Shown in pieces: positions 9,001-18,753 of a stretch of 64,000 bases of DNA. Within the stretch, counting starts at the first letter, position 1. Each line of letters starts with the position of its first letter. The position numbers and the translations under genes were made by a program. Where the stretch lies: positions 224,001 to 288,000 of the forward strand of contig CAVQFQ010000021.1 of the NCBI GenBank assembly GCA_963711835.1, in the 5' to 3' direction. This stretch comes from an uncultured delta proteobacterium (GTDB lineage: Bacteria; Desulfobacterota; RBG-13-43-22). The notes beneath the pieces are model-generated. The model saw nothing but the letters and a program-made list of their open reading frames with translations, made no database searches and had not been told where the DNA came from.

Positions 9001-10503
9001 TCACTTTAATACTTCCTCCACCGGCCGAACCGCTTCGATATGACCGCCGATCTTCTTGAAAGTCTTCAGGGTCATAGTATATTCAATGGGGAGGACGAAG
9101 GAAGGTGTAGGGGTCAAGTAAATACTTCCGTATTTTATCCGGGCCACATCCACCAGAAAATTGATTCCGCCTCCGGGAAAGATGAATGGCCGGGCTCCAC
9201 CGATGGTGACCCTCACGCGGCCTTCATGAACAGCCCGGGTCAGCTTAATCGGATTCTTGGTCACACCGGCCCGGGCCGATCCACCCACACCGGCAGCAAA
9301 GACGGCGCTGACTGTGGACCTTTCGCAGGAATTCCGCAACACCTCAATGAATTTTTTGGCTTCCGGCGAGGCTTCTTCCTTAACCAATCGGCCGTTTTTC
9401 ATCCGGTAAAAAGCAAATTTACGCCCTGTGGTCTCCGTAATAAGCAGGGTCATCCCCTCAGCGCATTTATGGGGATCAATATCTTTGATGACCTCGAGGG
9501 GATTTTCGATATTCGTCCCTCCCCATCCGCTGCCTTTCTCGAGGAAATAGCGCCCATCGGTGCTTTTCCGTCCCTTGATGGCGATCCCGGACCTCGGTTT
9601 GTTCAAATAGCGTCCTGAAAAGTGTTCGCTGAATAATCCGGTAATGTGGCCGTCAAGCACCACCACTTCATCAGCGGCCTTGAACATATAGGGGGCAAAA
9701 AGGCCGGTGGTGGCGCTTCCGCAGCCCACCCGCATCTTTTTCTCAGAAAGGCCGTTTACTTTCGGGGCCTGGCCCAAAGCCAGTTCCACCACGGCGCCAT
9801 CCTCGACCTCGAACCGGACTTTCTTTCCCTGCAAGATTTCAAAAATAGTCTTGGCGGCAAAGAGCCCATCCGAAGAGGTTAGTATGTTAACACCTCCCAG
9901 CGAGAGCATCTTGGACCCGTATTCCTCGGTACAGAGGTGGCCCACCTGCCTTTTGCCCCGTCGCCGGACATAGACCTTCTTGCCTTCCTGTCCCAGGAAA
10001 AGGTCGGTATCGATTTTTAACTTCAGGCCGCTGTAACTCAGCGGGGCCTCGGTTACAACCGTAATGATATCCAGGCCATCCCGTACCCCACTGACGATTA
10101 AGGGAGAAGGTCTAAAATCAGGATAGGTCGTTCCCGACCCGATCCCAGTGATCAAGGGTTGCTCGATGGTTTTATCGTCTGTCCCTTTGACTAGTTCCGC
10201 CACTTCTTCAAAGGTATGCACCCGGCCTTTCCGGGTGATCAGACCTTTTTCATTGCTGTAGCGGAGGCAAGCCCCCAAGGCCCCGTCTGGAATCCGGCAC
10301 ATGATGGGGCAGGCTGTACACATGGGCTTGTCTTCTGCCGGTTCAGGGCTTAGAACCCCTTCGGGACAGACCTTCATGCAGGTCCGGCATTCGACACAGC
10401 CTTCATGGATTTTTATTTTTTTATTTTCAACAGCGATCAGACCGAGAGGGCAGACTTCCTCGCAAAATTTGCAGCCCTTGCATTTTTGAAGGTCAACAAT
10501 CAT
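9001..10503 (-). CDS. hnr: 6-hydroxynicotinate reductase
   Basis: N-terminal 2x[4Fe-4S] motifs, CTACPIMCRI...GACLRY, GIGSGTTYPDFRP, MRVGCGSAT, GGSARAGVTKNP; adjacent to enamidase. Confidence 0.88.
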   Translation of the reverse strand: MIVDLQKCKGCKFCEEVCPLGLIAVENKKIKIHEGCVECRTCMKVCPEGVLSPEPAEDKPMCTACPIMCRIPDGALGACLRYSNEKGLITRKGRVHTFEEVAELVKGTDDKTIEQPLITGIGSGTTYPDFRPSPLIVSGVRDGLDIITVVTEAPLSYSGLKLKIDTDLFLGQEGKKVYVRRRGKRQVGHLCTEEYGSKMLSLGGVNILTSSDGLFAAKTIFEILQGKKVRFEVEDGAVVELALGQAPKVNGLSEKKMRVGCGSATTGLFAPYMFKAADEVVVLDGHITGLFSEHFSGRYLNKPRSGIAIKGRKSTDGRYFLEKGSGWGGTNIENPLEVIKDIDPHKCAEGMTLLITETTGRKFAFYRMKNGRLVKEEASPEAKKFIEVLRNSCERSTVSAVFAAGVGGSARAGVTKNPIKLTRAVHEGRVRVTIGGARPFIFPGGGINFLVDVARIKYGSIYLTPTPSFVLPIEYTMTLKTFKKIGGHIEAVRPVEEVLK

Positions 10504-10585
10504 AAAAAGGCCCCATAATTTTCCTTAGCTTCTTTCTTTACCGAGTTTTAGAATTTATTTCTAACATTGGGACCGACATAACCTT

Positions 10586-10703
10586 TAAATCCGAAACAAG
10601 CACGAAGGTCCAAAATTTAAATTACCAAAACAAAAACTTTTAAAATTTTGAGATTTGGTCATTTGAATTTGTTTCGGATTTCGATATTCGGGTTTCGAGT
10701 TTT
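10586..10703. repeat. Heptamer-periodic inverted repeat element
   Basis: aaatccgaaacaa ... ttgtttcggatttcgatattcgggtttcgagttt. Confidence 0.65.
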
Positions 10704-11850
10704 AAGTCGCTTTTCTATTTGGAGGCGGTGTATTCCGGCTCACCTGGGTCTTTATAAGGCCATCAATCAAGACCATGGCGATCCCCGGGATATCCCCGGC
10801 CTCGATGGCCTCTTTGGCATCTTTCCCGACCGAACCCATAGGGGCGTCAATAATCTGCAGATCGGCTTCGTCCCCAGCCTTGATCCTGCCGTGAGGCAAC
10901 GAAAAAACGTGCTGGGTGTTTCCCGTGGCCAGGCATACAGCCGCTTCCGCCGGGATATCGCCCAAGGCCGAGAGAAAATTGACCATCCTCCAAATCCCCA
11001 AGGGGATGACGCCGGTGCCGGAGGGCGCATCATTGCCGAGGATAAGCCTGGATAGGATCTCTTTCTCTTTCATATACCTTGCAATTCCAAGGGCCGTCTT
11101 GGGATTGCCACAATGCACAATCTCTATGGCACAGCCGGTCTTATCAATCACCCGTCGGGCCTCATCCAGAGAGATACTCGTAGGCCCCCCATTTAAATGA
11201 CAAGCCACGGTAGGATTGGCTGTCAGGACATCATCGCAGGTAACGGTGGCGCTGCCGGGAATGGAGGTGCCGCCCACATGCATCAGGACCTTCATGCCGA
11301 CCTTCTTGGCCCATTCTACCATGATTTTAGCCTCTCCGGCAGCCTTTACGCTGCCGAGGCCAATCTCCCCCACCAGCCAGACACCGTTTTCGGCGAGCTC
11401 TTTGAAGTCTTCTTCGATCAAGCCCTTTTCCAGAATCAGGGCCCCGCCGTAGACCTTCACACCCGAGGGTCTCAGTTTGGCAAAAGATTTCTGGGCCAGG
11501 ACGGCCAGGGCCTTTGTTCCGGCCCGGTCAGTGGGCCGCCCGGGCAGATGGACCTCCCCGGCTGAGATCATGCTCGTGACACCGCCGTGCAGGCTGCTGT
11601 CGATAAAACTCAACTGGTTCTGCCTGGGGGTAAAGTCCCCGAAGACCGGATGGGCATGGGAATCAATGAAGCCCGGGCAGACTGTCATCCCATTGGCATC
11701 AATGGTCTTTCCCGCCTCGAAGGAATTGCCTCTTCCAATGGCTTTAATTTTCCCATCCTCGATGAGAATAGAGGCCGGCCCTTCTATCAATGGATTGTTC
11801 AAATCGCCGGTAAAAATGGTCCCGATATTCGTGATGCTTAAACTGCTCAT
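10702..11850 (-). CDS. ena: Enamidase (amidohydrolase superfamily)
   Basis: PGFIDSHAHPVFGDFTPRQNQ, SAGEVHLPGRP, HVGGTSIPGS, GNDAPSGTGVIPLG, SRNTPP; ATG 11850 has an AGGAG RBS. Confidence 0.9.
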   Translation of the reverse strand: MSSLSITNIGTIFTGDLNNPLIEGPASILIEDGKIKAIGRGNSFEAGKTIDANGMTVCPGFIDSHAHPVFGDFTPRQNQLSFIDSSLHGGVTSMISAGEVHLPGRPTDRAGTKALAVLAQKSFAKLRPSGVKVYGGALILEKGLIEEDFKELAENGVWLVGEIGLGSVKAAGEAKIMVEWAKKVGMKVLMHVGGTSIPGSATVTCDDVLTANPTVACHLNGGPTSISLDEARRVIDKTGCAIEIVHCGNPKTALGIARYMKEKEILSRLILGNDAPSGTGVIPLGIWRMVNFLSALGDIPAEAAVCLATGNTQHVFSLPHGRIKAGDEADLQIIDAPMGSVGKDAKEAIEAGDIPGIAMVLIDGLIKTQVSRNTPPPNRKAT

Positions 11851-11919
11851 CTTCACTCCTTTTAAAATGTTTTTTTGACCGTTTCCCCAAAAAGGCTGAA
11901 TCAGATTTGCAGCCACCTT

Positions 11920-12020
11920 TAATTTCTCCCGAAGGGGGAGCGGTTTTCCCTTGCCGGCCCTCTCACCGGCAAGGGAAAAAATCTATCTTCTCTGCGTCCT
12001 TTGCGTCTTTGCGGTGAAAA
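11920..12020. repeat. Hairpin plus 9-nt-periodic (ctYtgcgtc-like) repeat
   Basis: ttttcccttgccgg-N8-ccggcaagggaaaa then ctctgcgtcctttgcgtctttgcggtgaa; similar tract near 24847-24874. Confidence 0.6.
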
Positions 12021-12032
12021 GATCTGTTTCTC

Positions 12033-14189
12033 CTAACACGGCCTGTTCTTTTTCTTTTCCAGCAGCCCTTTCAGCCTTTCCATGTCGCACGGCAGCTCAA
12101 AGGGCCTTACACCCACGGCATCCTTAATCGCATTGATGATGCTGGCGGCCTGAGGGATGAGAGCCGGTTCCCCGACGCCTTTAGCGCCGAAAGGACCGCT
12201 CGGTTCTTCATCCTCGACGATAAAGACCTCCATCTCCGGCATATCCAAGGCCGTCGGCAGGTAATAGGTATTAAAGGACTCCGTCTGGAAAGGCTTGTAC
12301 TCCTCCATCAAAGCCAGCCCAATCCCCATGGCAATCCCACCATAGATCTGCCCCTGGGTGGCCTTCACATTGATGGCCTGGCCGACATCGTGAGCCGCGT
12401 AGACCTTGGCAACCCTGCAAGCACCGCTGATCTCATCCACCTCCACTTCGGTCATGTGGGCGGCAAAGGCATAGGTGGCATAGGGGCTTCCCTGGCAGGT
12501 CCGAGGATCGAGGGCTGTGGTAGGCGGGTCAAAGAAACTCTCGAAAATCAATGAGCGGCGGTCTTTCATAGAATTCACAATCTCCTTCAATCGCCGTCCC
12601 TGATAATAACCTTCCGCTTCCAAAAAGACCCTCAGGTCCTTAGCCGCATTAAAAACGGCCCTTCCGGATATGTAGGTCTGACGGCTGGCGGAAGATGAAC
12701 CGGCATCCCGCGATGTATCGGTATCCCCCCGGACCAGGTTAATTTTTTCGCCTTCCAATTCAAGAACCCGGCAGGCGATCTGGGTCAGGACCGTATCGGA
12801 TCCCTGTCCAATCTCGCAGACGCCGGTGTGCAGGGCCACCTGGCCGTCATCGGTCAGAGAAAGCGTTGCGCTGGAAGGATTGGATACCCCGGTGTTGCCG
12901 ATGCCGTAGAACATACTGCCTAATCCAAAGCCCCTATTATCCACGGTCTTTTGCCGCTTTCTCCAGAAGGGTTCGATCCGTTTCAGGGTTTCCAAATAAC
13001 CCACGCTATTCTCCAGAACCTGGGAGGTGGCGGTCAGGGATCCTTTTCTCAAACCGTTCTTGATTCGAAGATCCAGGGGATCGATTTCAAGGGCGGAGGC
13101 CAGCTCATCCATCTGGGCCTCATGGGCAAAGGCCAGTTGCGGCACGCCGAAGCCCCGCATGGCCCCGGAGATGGGGTTATTGGTGTAAAACATCCGGCTG
13201 TCCACCTGGACATTCGGCACCTCATAAGGGCCGGTGGCATGAATAGCAACCCTCAGACAGACGGTTTCACCATAGGAAATATAAGGGCCGGTATCTCCGA
13301 TAATATGGACCTGAACAGTTGTCAAGGTCCCATCCTTCTTGGCGCCGCTCTTGTATTCAATATGGAGCGGATGCCTCTTGGTCTGGGCCAGGAAGCTTTC
13401 CTCCCGGGTATAGCGCATGGCCACCGGCTTCCCGGTATGATAAACGGCCAGGGCCAGAAAACCCTCCACCGTCACATCCAGCTTGCCGCCGAAACCGCCT
13501 CCGGTCGGCGCCTGGATGACGCGGATATTCTCCTCCGGCATGGCCAGGATTCGAGAAATCTCCTTTCGCTTGTAATGTACATTTTGAGTGGAAGAAATAA
13601 CGGTCAGGTGTTTCCGATCATCCAGGAAACCGATGCCGGCCTCGGTCTCCAGATAGGCATGATCCAGCCAGGTGGTTCTGTACGTATGCTCGATGATGAT
13701 ATCGGAATCCTGAAAACCCTTTTCCACGTCCCCTTTTTTCAATTTTCGGTGGCTGAGGAGATTGCCTGTATCATGGATACATGTCTGTGAATCCCGGGAG
13801 GCGAAGGGATCCAAGATGGCCTCGATGTCTTCAAATTCAATCCGGACCGCTTGGCCGGCCCTCCTGGCCGCAGCTTCATCCCTGGCGACGATGATCAGGA
13901 TTGGTTCGCCTTGATAGCGGACCCGATCCTTGGCCAGAAGAGGTTGATCCTTCTTGATGGCCCCGAAAAGGGGCTCTCCGGGAATATCTCGGTGGCTCAA
14001 GACCCTGACAACCCCTTCGGAGGAAAGAACGCCCCGGAGATCGATATGGCGGATCCAGGCATGAGGCCTTGGGCTGCGAAAAACATAAGCAAAAAGCATA
14101 TCATCGGTTTTCAGATCATAGGCAAAGGCGGTTTTGCCCATGACCTTGTCGCGGGAATCCACCCTGTCCATATCCGAATGGAAGGCCAT
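12033..14189 (-). CDS. Xanthine dehydrogenase-family molybdopterin subunit, probable nicotinate dehydrogenase (NdhL+NdhM equivalent in one chain)
   Basis: TGGGFGGK, TKRHP, AMRGFGVPQ, EIGQGSDT, SSASRQT, AKGVGEP; lies in the ena-hnr operon. Confidence 0.85.
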   Translation of the reverse strand: MAFHSDMDRVDSRDKVMGKTAFAYDLKTDDMLFAYVFRSPRPHAWIRHIDLRGVLSSEGVVRVLSHRDIPGEPLFGAIKKDQPLLAKDRVRYQGEPILIIVARDEAAARRAGQAVRIEFEDIEAILDPFASRDSQTCIHDTGNLLSHRKLKKGDVEKGFQDSDIIIEHTYRTTWLDHAYLETEAGIGFLDDRKHLTVISSTQNVHYKRKEISRILAMPEENIRVIQAPTGGGFGGKLDVTVEGFLALAVYHTGKPVAMRYTREESFLAQTKRHPLHIEYKSGAKKDGTLTTVQVHIIGDTGPYISYGETVCLRVAIHATGPYEVPNVQVDSRMFYTNNPISGAMRGFGVPQLAFAHEAQMDELASALEIDPLDLRIKNGLRKGSLTATSQVLENSVGYLETLKRIEPFWRKRQKTVDNRGFGLGSMFYGIGNTGVSNPSSATLSLTDDGQVALHTGVCEIGQGSDTVLTQIACRVLELEGEKINLVRGDTDTSRDAGSSSASRQTYISGRAVFNAAKDLRVFLEAEGYYQGRRLKEIVNSMKDRRSLIFESFFDPPTTALDPRTCQGSPYATYAFAAHMTEVEVDEISGACRVAKVYAAHDVGQAINVKATQGQIYGGIAMGIGLALMEEYKPFQTESFNTYYLPTALDMPEMEVFIVEDEEPSGPFGAKGVGEPALIPQAASIINAIKDAVGVRPFELPCDMERLKGLLEKKKNRPC

Positions 14190-14192
14190 ACC

Positions 14193-15599
14193 TTATTGAC
14201 TCCTCAACACCTTTTCCAGCATTCCTCGCGCTACTGGAATCTTATAGGCAAAGGAAGGCCTCATGCCGGTGATTTCCCTGATTTCCTGAACCGCCATCTC
14301 AGCCGCCTCGATGATGACCTCCCTGGTTTTAGGTTTTCCCTTCAAAAAGGCTTCTGCTTTTCCGGCTCGAAAAGGGATGGGGGTACAGGAGCCGACGGCC
14401 AACCTTACATCCCGATAAATCCCTTCTTCCTCTTGAATAGCCCAGGCAAGAGAAATCCTCGAGATGGCCCAGGCCGCCCGTTTAATCACCCTCTCATAGC
14501 CCTCGCGATACCCTTCCAGGGACTCCAACTCCACTGCGGTTACTAATTCATGGCGATCAATTCGGCTACGATAAGGGGCTGTGATAAAATCCTTAAGCCG
14601 GCAGGTCCTTTTTCTAGCCCCGGTTTCCAGGGTAAGCCGAGTGTCGTGGATAAGAAGGGGGGGAATGGTGTCGGCCGCCGGAGAGGCATTGACCAGGTTG
14701 CCACCGATGGTTCCCATGTTGCGGATTTGCGGGGAACCGACCCAACCACAAGCCAGGGAAAGACTTCGGGCTTTTGCCTTGATATCCGGATCTCTATGGG
14801 CTTGGGCATGAGTGACCGCAGGCCCTATTTCAATCTTGCCATTGGCCGGGGTGATCCTTTTAAGCTCATCCAAAAGGGCTATATCCAGGAGGGACTGTTT
14901 CTCCTCGGACTTACGAAGCCTGATCAGGAGATCGGTCCCCCCGGCAATGACCGCAAGATCCTCATGGGCAGAAAGAAAAGCCAGGGCCTCGGCCTTGGCC
15001 TTGGGGACCAATACCTGAGGCCGCAACTTGTTGGAAATAACCGTTGCCCTTTCAATAGATCTGGGTTGGTTTGAAGAAACCAAATTGTCGGTAGTTGGCT
15101 TGCCCCCTTCCTGTTTTTGCATGACCCTGGCCGCGTCTTCAATGGCTTCGACGACCTGAACATAGCCGGTGCAGCGGCAGAGATTGCCGCTGATGGCCTC
15201 TTTGATTTCCTGCCGACTGGGTCTTTGATTCTTCAAAAGCAGGCTGTAGGCTGAAAGCAGCAGGCCCGGAGTGCAGTAGCCGCACTGGACGGCCCCCCAA
15301 TAAACAAAGGCCTCCTGAAGGGGATGGAACAAGCCGTCCTGGCTCAGATATTCCACGGTTTTGACATCCCGGCCCTGGACTTTCGAGGCCAGGGTCAAAC
15401 AGGCATAGTGAGGTTCGTCGTCGATCAGCACCGTGCAAGTCCCGCATTCCCCGATGCCGCAGCCTTCCTTGACGCTTTTGACAGCCAGTTTGTCGCGCAA
15501 GGCGGAGAGTAAAGTCTCGCTGCCCGACACCTCCAGGGTTACTGCTTTCCCGTTTAGATGAAAATTGATTTGTTGCATGACATTTTTTGCACCGCCCAC
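14193..15599 (-). CDS. Fused [2Fe-2S] + FAD-binding subunit (NdhS-NdhF/CoxS-CoxM type)
   Basis: KEGCGIGECGTCTV, QCGYCTPG, GNLCRCTGY, then AGGTDL and QIRNMGTIGGNLVNASPAAD; start may be ATG 15578. Confidence 0.9.
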   Translation of the reverse strand: MGGAKNVMQQINFHLNGKAVTLEVSGSETLLSALRDKLAVKSVKEGCGIGECGTCTVLIDDEPHYACLTLASKVQGRDVKTVEYLSQDGLFHPLQEAFVYWGAVQCGYCTPGLLLSAYSLLLKNQRPSRQEIKEAISGNLCRCTGYVQVVEAIEDAARVMQKQEGGKPTTDNLVSSNQPRSIERATVISNKLRPQVLVPKAKAEALAFLSAHEDLAVIAGGTDLLIRLRKSEEKQSLLDIALLDELKRITPANGKIEIGPAVTHAQAHRDPDIKAKARSLSLACGWVGSPQIRNMGTIGGNLVNASPAADTIPPLLIHDTRLTLETGARKRTCRLKDFITAPYRSRIDRHELVTAVELESLEGYREGYERVIKRAAWAISRISLAWAIQEEEGIYRDVRLAVGSCTPIPFRAGKAEAFLKGKPKTREVIIEAAEMAVQEIREITGMRPSFAYKIPVARGMLEKVLRSQ

Positions 15600-15608
15600 T
15601 CGTCACGC

Positions 15609-16916
15609 CTATCTGCCCATCTGGGCCGGAAGGATGGTTGCAATCACCGGGAAAATAGTCAAAATGATGGTCACCGCAAAAATGGCCAGGAGAAAAGGCA
15701 TGGCCCCCTTGAAGACCTCTTTCATCGGCACATCCCGGATGATGCCGGCAATGGTATAGACATTCAGTCCCACCGGAGGAGTGATCAGACCGGCATTCAT
15801 CATCAGGACGCAGATGACCCCAAACCAGATGGGATCGAACCCCAGACCCACTATGACCGGAAAAATCACCGGCATGGTCAGGACCATCATGGACACGGCA
15901 TCCAGGAAACAGCCCAGGATCAGGTAGATGCCCACCACAATGGTCAGGACCAGGTATTTGGAAACCCCCAACCCGGCGATCCAGGTTGAAACCGCCATGG
16001 GAATGGTGGACAGGGCCAGAAAATAGCTGAACATATTGGCCCCGGCTACCAGAAAGAGGACCATGGCCGACACCCGGCCCGTTTCAAAAAGGGAGCCGAC
16101 AAAATCTTTCCAGGAAAGGGCCCGCTTCAAGACCGCGATGATCAGCAGAGAGATGGCGCCGATACCGCCGGCCTCAGTCGGGTTCAGATAACCCAGGTAC
16201 AATCCCCCGATGGTCAGAAAAAAAACCAGCAGGGTCTCCCAGATACCGCCGAAGGCCAGGAGCTTTTCCTTCCAGGTGGTCCTTCCCGGCGGGGTCGGGG
16301 CAACATCCGGGTTGATCTTGACCCAAAGAACAATGATGGCGATAAACAAGGCCGAAAGCAGCAGACCCGGAAGCATGCCGGCGATCAGGAGCTTTCCGAT
16401 GGACTGTTCGGTGAGCATCCCATAGACCACAAAGCCGATGCTGGGAGGGATGAGAAAATCAATGGTGGCCCCGGCGGCTACGATCCCTGCGGCGAATTTC
16501 GGCGCATAATTAAAGCGCCGCATCTCGGGGATGACCGTCTTGGCAAAGGCCGCCGAGGTGGCCACCGAGGAGCCGCTGATGGCCGAAAAGCCTGCGATGG
16601 CGCCTATGGTGGCGATGCCCAGTCCTCCGGGAAATCGCCGGAACCACTTGTCAAAGGTATCATAGAGTTTGGTAGTGATCCCGGAATTGTCGGCAAAGCC
16701 GCCCATGATGACGAAAAGCGGAATAATGCTAAAGGGATAATAGGAGACCGTACTGTAGAGGGTTTGGGCGACCATGGGAAGCGCCGCCTCCAGGGAGGCC
16801 AACTTCCAGACTCCCAGGAAACCGACCAACATCATCACAAAAGTGATCGGCATTCTTATGAAAAGAAGAACGACCAGGAGAAGACAGCCTAAAAAACCGG
16901 TGGTTATCGGGTCCAT
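15609..16916 (-). CDS. dctM: TRAP transporter large permease
   Basis: IPLFVIMG, FSAISGSSVA, LIPPSI, GLITPPVGLNVY. Confidence 0.92.
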   Translation of the reverse strand: MDPITTGFLGCLLLVVLLFIRMPITFVMMLVGFLGVWKLASLEAALPMVAQTLYSTVSYYPFSIIPLFVIMGGFADNSGITTKLYDTFDKWFRRFPGGLGIATIGAIAGFSAISGSSVATSAAFAKTVIPEMRRFNYAPKFAAGIVAAGATIDFLIPPSIGFVVYGMLTEQSIGKLLIAGMLPGLLLSALFIAIIVLWVKINPDVAPTPPGRTTWKEKLLAFGGIWETLLVFFLTIGGLYLGYLNPTEAGGIGAISLLIIAVLKRALSWKDFVGSLFETGRVSAMVLFLVAGANMFSYFLALSTIPMAVSTWIAGLGVSKYLVLTIVVGIYLILGCFLDAVSMMVLTMPVIFPVIVGLGFDPIWFGVICVLMMNAGLITPPVGLNVYTIAGIIRDVPMKEVFKGAMPFLLAIFAVTIILTIFPVIATILPAQMGR

Positions 16917-17407
16917 GCTTCTCCTTTGGTAAGTCCTTTGATCGAATCTAATAGATCAAAGAGAAGCTGCAACCAGAGCAACCCTCCGCAGAGACCTACC
17001 AGTATTTTAAAGGGCGCTTTGGAGATTCGTAACTGATCTGTAACCTCCGTTTCCCCGATCCCCAGAATAAACCCTTGCCAGACCACGATACCGACGATCA
17101 CCAGGCTCAGGACCGTGGTGACCACTTGTAGGCCTTTCTGGATTCTCGGGCTGAATCGGGAGGTGACAAAATCAACGGCAACATGGCCCTTGACCTGCTG
17201 GGTGTAGGCAGCGCTTAAAAGGATGATCACGGCCAGCATAAACTCGGATAGTTCAAAAGTGCCGGCCATCGGTTTATTGAAGAAACTCCGGCCGACCACA
17301 TCCCCGGTGGTCAGCAGCATCAAGGGGATGACGAAAATCATCCCGCAGGCCGCGGTATAATAGATTAAACGTTCTACGATCCTTCTAAGACGTTGAAAGG
17401 GTCCCAT
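16904..17407 (-). CDS. dctQ: TRAP transporter small permease
   Basis: Four TM segments; DVVGRSFFNKP and GHVAVD. Confidence 0.88.
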   Translation of the reverse strand: MGPFQRLRRIVERLIYYTAACGMIFVIPLMLLTTGDVVGRSFFNKPMAGTFELSEFMLAVIILLSAAYTQQVKGHVAVDFVTSRFSPRIQKGLQVVTTVLSLVIVGIVVWQGFILGIGETEVTDQLRISKAPFKILVGLCGGLLWLQLLFDLLDSIKGLTKGEAWTR

Positions 17408-17424
17408 GAAATTTCCTTATAGAA

Positions 17425-17451
17425 TATCCCCTCCCTTGACGGGAGGGGATA
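17425..17451. repeat. REP-like hairpin after the substrate-binding protein gene
   Basis: tatcccctccc-ttgac-gggaggggata; related to 46478-46575. Confidence 0.6.
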
Positions 17452-17463
17452 ACGAGATTTTTA

Positions 17464-18546
17464 TCAGACTTTCTTGAATTCCGGCGGACAGGCCACCAGC
17501 TTGATGTTCCTCTTTTCGCATTCCTCGTTCATGATGGCCACGGTCTTTTTGGCCGGCAACCCCTTGGCTTCCAGATCGGCCACCCATTTTCGGGTGACGT
17601 CACGGAATTTCTCATACCACTGTTCCGCTTCGGCCTGAGGGAGATCAACCAGTTTGACACCGGCCTTGGTGATGTCCTTCATGATCGCTTCGTAATCATC
17701 GCTGGTCAGGCCGCCGGTTGTTTTAAAAGGATTGGTGCAGACCTGGTCAATAACCTTCTTCTGATCGGCGGTCAGCTTGTTCCAGCTATTCATGTTCATC
17801 ACCGTCCCTTCCGAAACACAGCCGAAGGTCAGGACCGTTGCGAATTTGGCCACCTCATAGAGTTTGAAGGCCAGGATCAAGGGCGGGCAGGTGACAATAC
17901 CGTCCACCGTTCCGGTTTCCACGGCCATATAGACATCCCCCAGGGGCATGAAGATCGGCTCGGCGCCCAGGGACTTGATATAGTTGGTCTGGTGGCCGCC
18001 CGGGGAACGCAGCTTCATTCCTTTCAGATCGGCCATTTTCGAGACCGGCTTCTTGGTCCAGATAAAGGACTGGATGCAGCCGTTCAACTCCAGGACCTTA
18101 ACATTCTTGAACTCATCCTTAAGAGCCCGGTTGTAAACCGCATTGCCGATGTCGGCCGCAATGTCTTTTCCGTTTACCCAGACTGCCATGGAAAGGACAT
18201 CGGTCAGAGGGAAACGCCCCGGTGTCCAGGTGGCGGTAAAATACCCCAGGTCCGACATGCCTTTGGCTACGATGTCAAAATGCTCCGGCCCCTTGCCCAA
18301 AGCTCCGCCGGCATACATGGTATAGGCCATCTGGCCGCCGCTTCTTTTCTTGACCTCCTCCATCATGGGAATCCAGACTGTTTTAACTTCCCGGCTCACC
18401 GGTACATGCCAGGTGCTGAATTTGAGATTTGCGGCCTGGGCGTGCAGCAGGCTGCGGTCAAACAAACCCAGTCCGACGGCCGCCCCGCCGATGGCCGCCC
18501 CCTTCAAAAAACCCCTCCTGGTTAAGTCTCTGCATTCTTCACACAT
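17464..18546 (-). CDS. dctP: TRAP substrate-binding protein with Tat signal peptide
   Basis: TRRGFLK Tat motif; TPGRFPL, DLKGMKLR, VYMAVETGTVDG. Confidence 0.9.
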   Translation of the reverse strand: MCEECRDLTRRGFLKGAAIGGAAVGLGLFDRSLLHAQAANLKFSTWHVPVSREVKTVWIPMMEEVKKRSGGQMAYTMYAGGALGKGPEHFDIVAKGMSDLGYFTATWTPGRFPLTDVLSMAVWVNGKDIAADIGNAVYNRALKDEFKNVKVLELNGCIQSFIWTKKPVSKMADLKGMKLRSPGGHQTNYIKSLGAEPIFMPLGDVYMAVETGTVDGIVTCPPLILAFKLYEVAKFATVLTFGCVSEGTVMNMNSWNKLTADQKKVIDQVCTNPFKTTGGLTSDDYEAIMKDITKAGVKLVDLPQAEAEQWYEKFRDVTRKWVADLEAKGLPAKKTVAIMNEECEKRNIKLVACPPEFKKV

Positions 18547-18633
18547 GGGAATACCTCCTTATTTATTTTCTTTATATTCGCACTTCGGATATTCGAATCA
18601 TTAAGTTTCTTGTAAAGATTATAAAGTGCGGGT

Positions 18634-18753
18634 TACAGGTTGATCAAAAGTGCCCAGATGCAAGGCCCCCGAAGTTCTGAGGAGTGAGGCGTACATAAAC
18701 GTACGCCGCAATCCCGCCTTGGCGGGACAGATGGGTGTTTTGGATCAATCTGT
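18634..18753. mobile_element. ~120-bp MITE
   Basis: Imperfect TIRs acaggttgatcaaaagtgcccagatg/cagatgggtgttttggatcaatctgt; internal ggcgtac-N5-gtacgcc hairpin; abuts the ALDH stop codon. Confidence 0.75.

Noticed and set aside
12033-15599. Selenocysteine in the Mo-hydroxylase subunits
   Set aside because: Both frames are uninterrupted and end in TAG/TAA.
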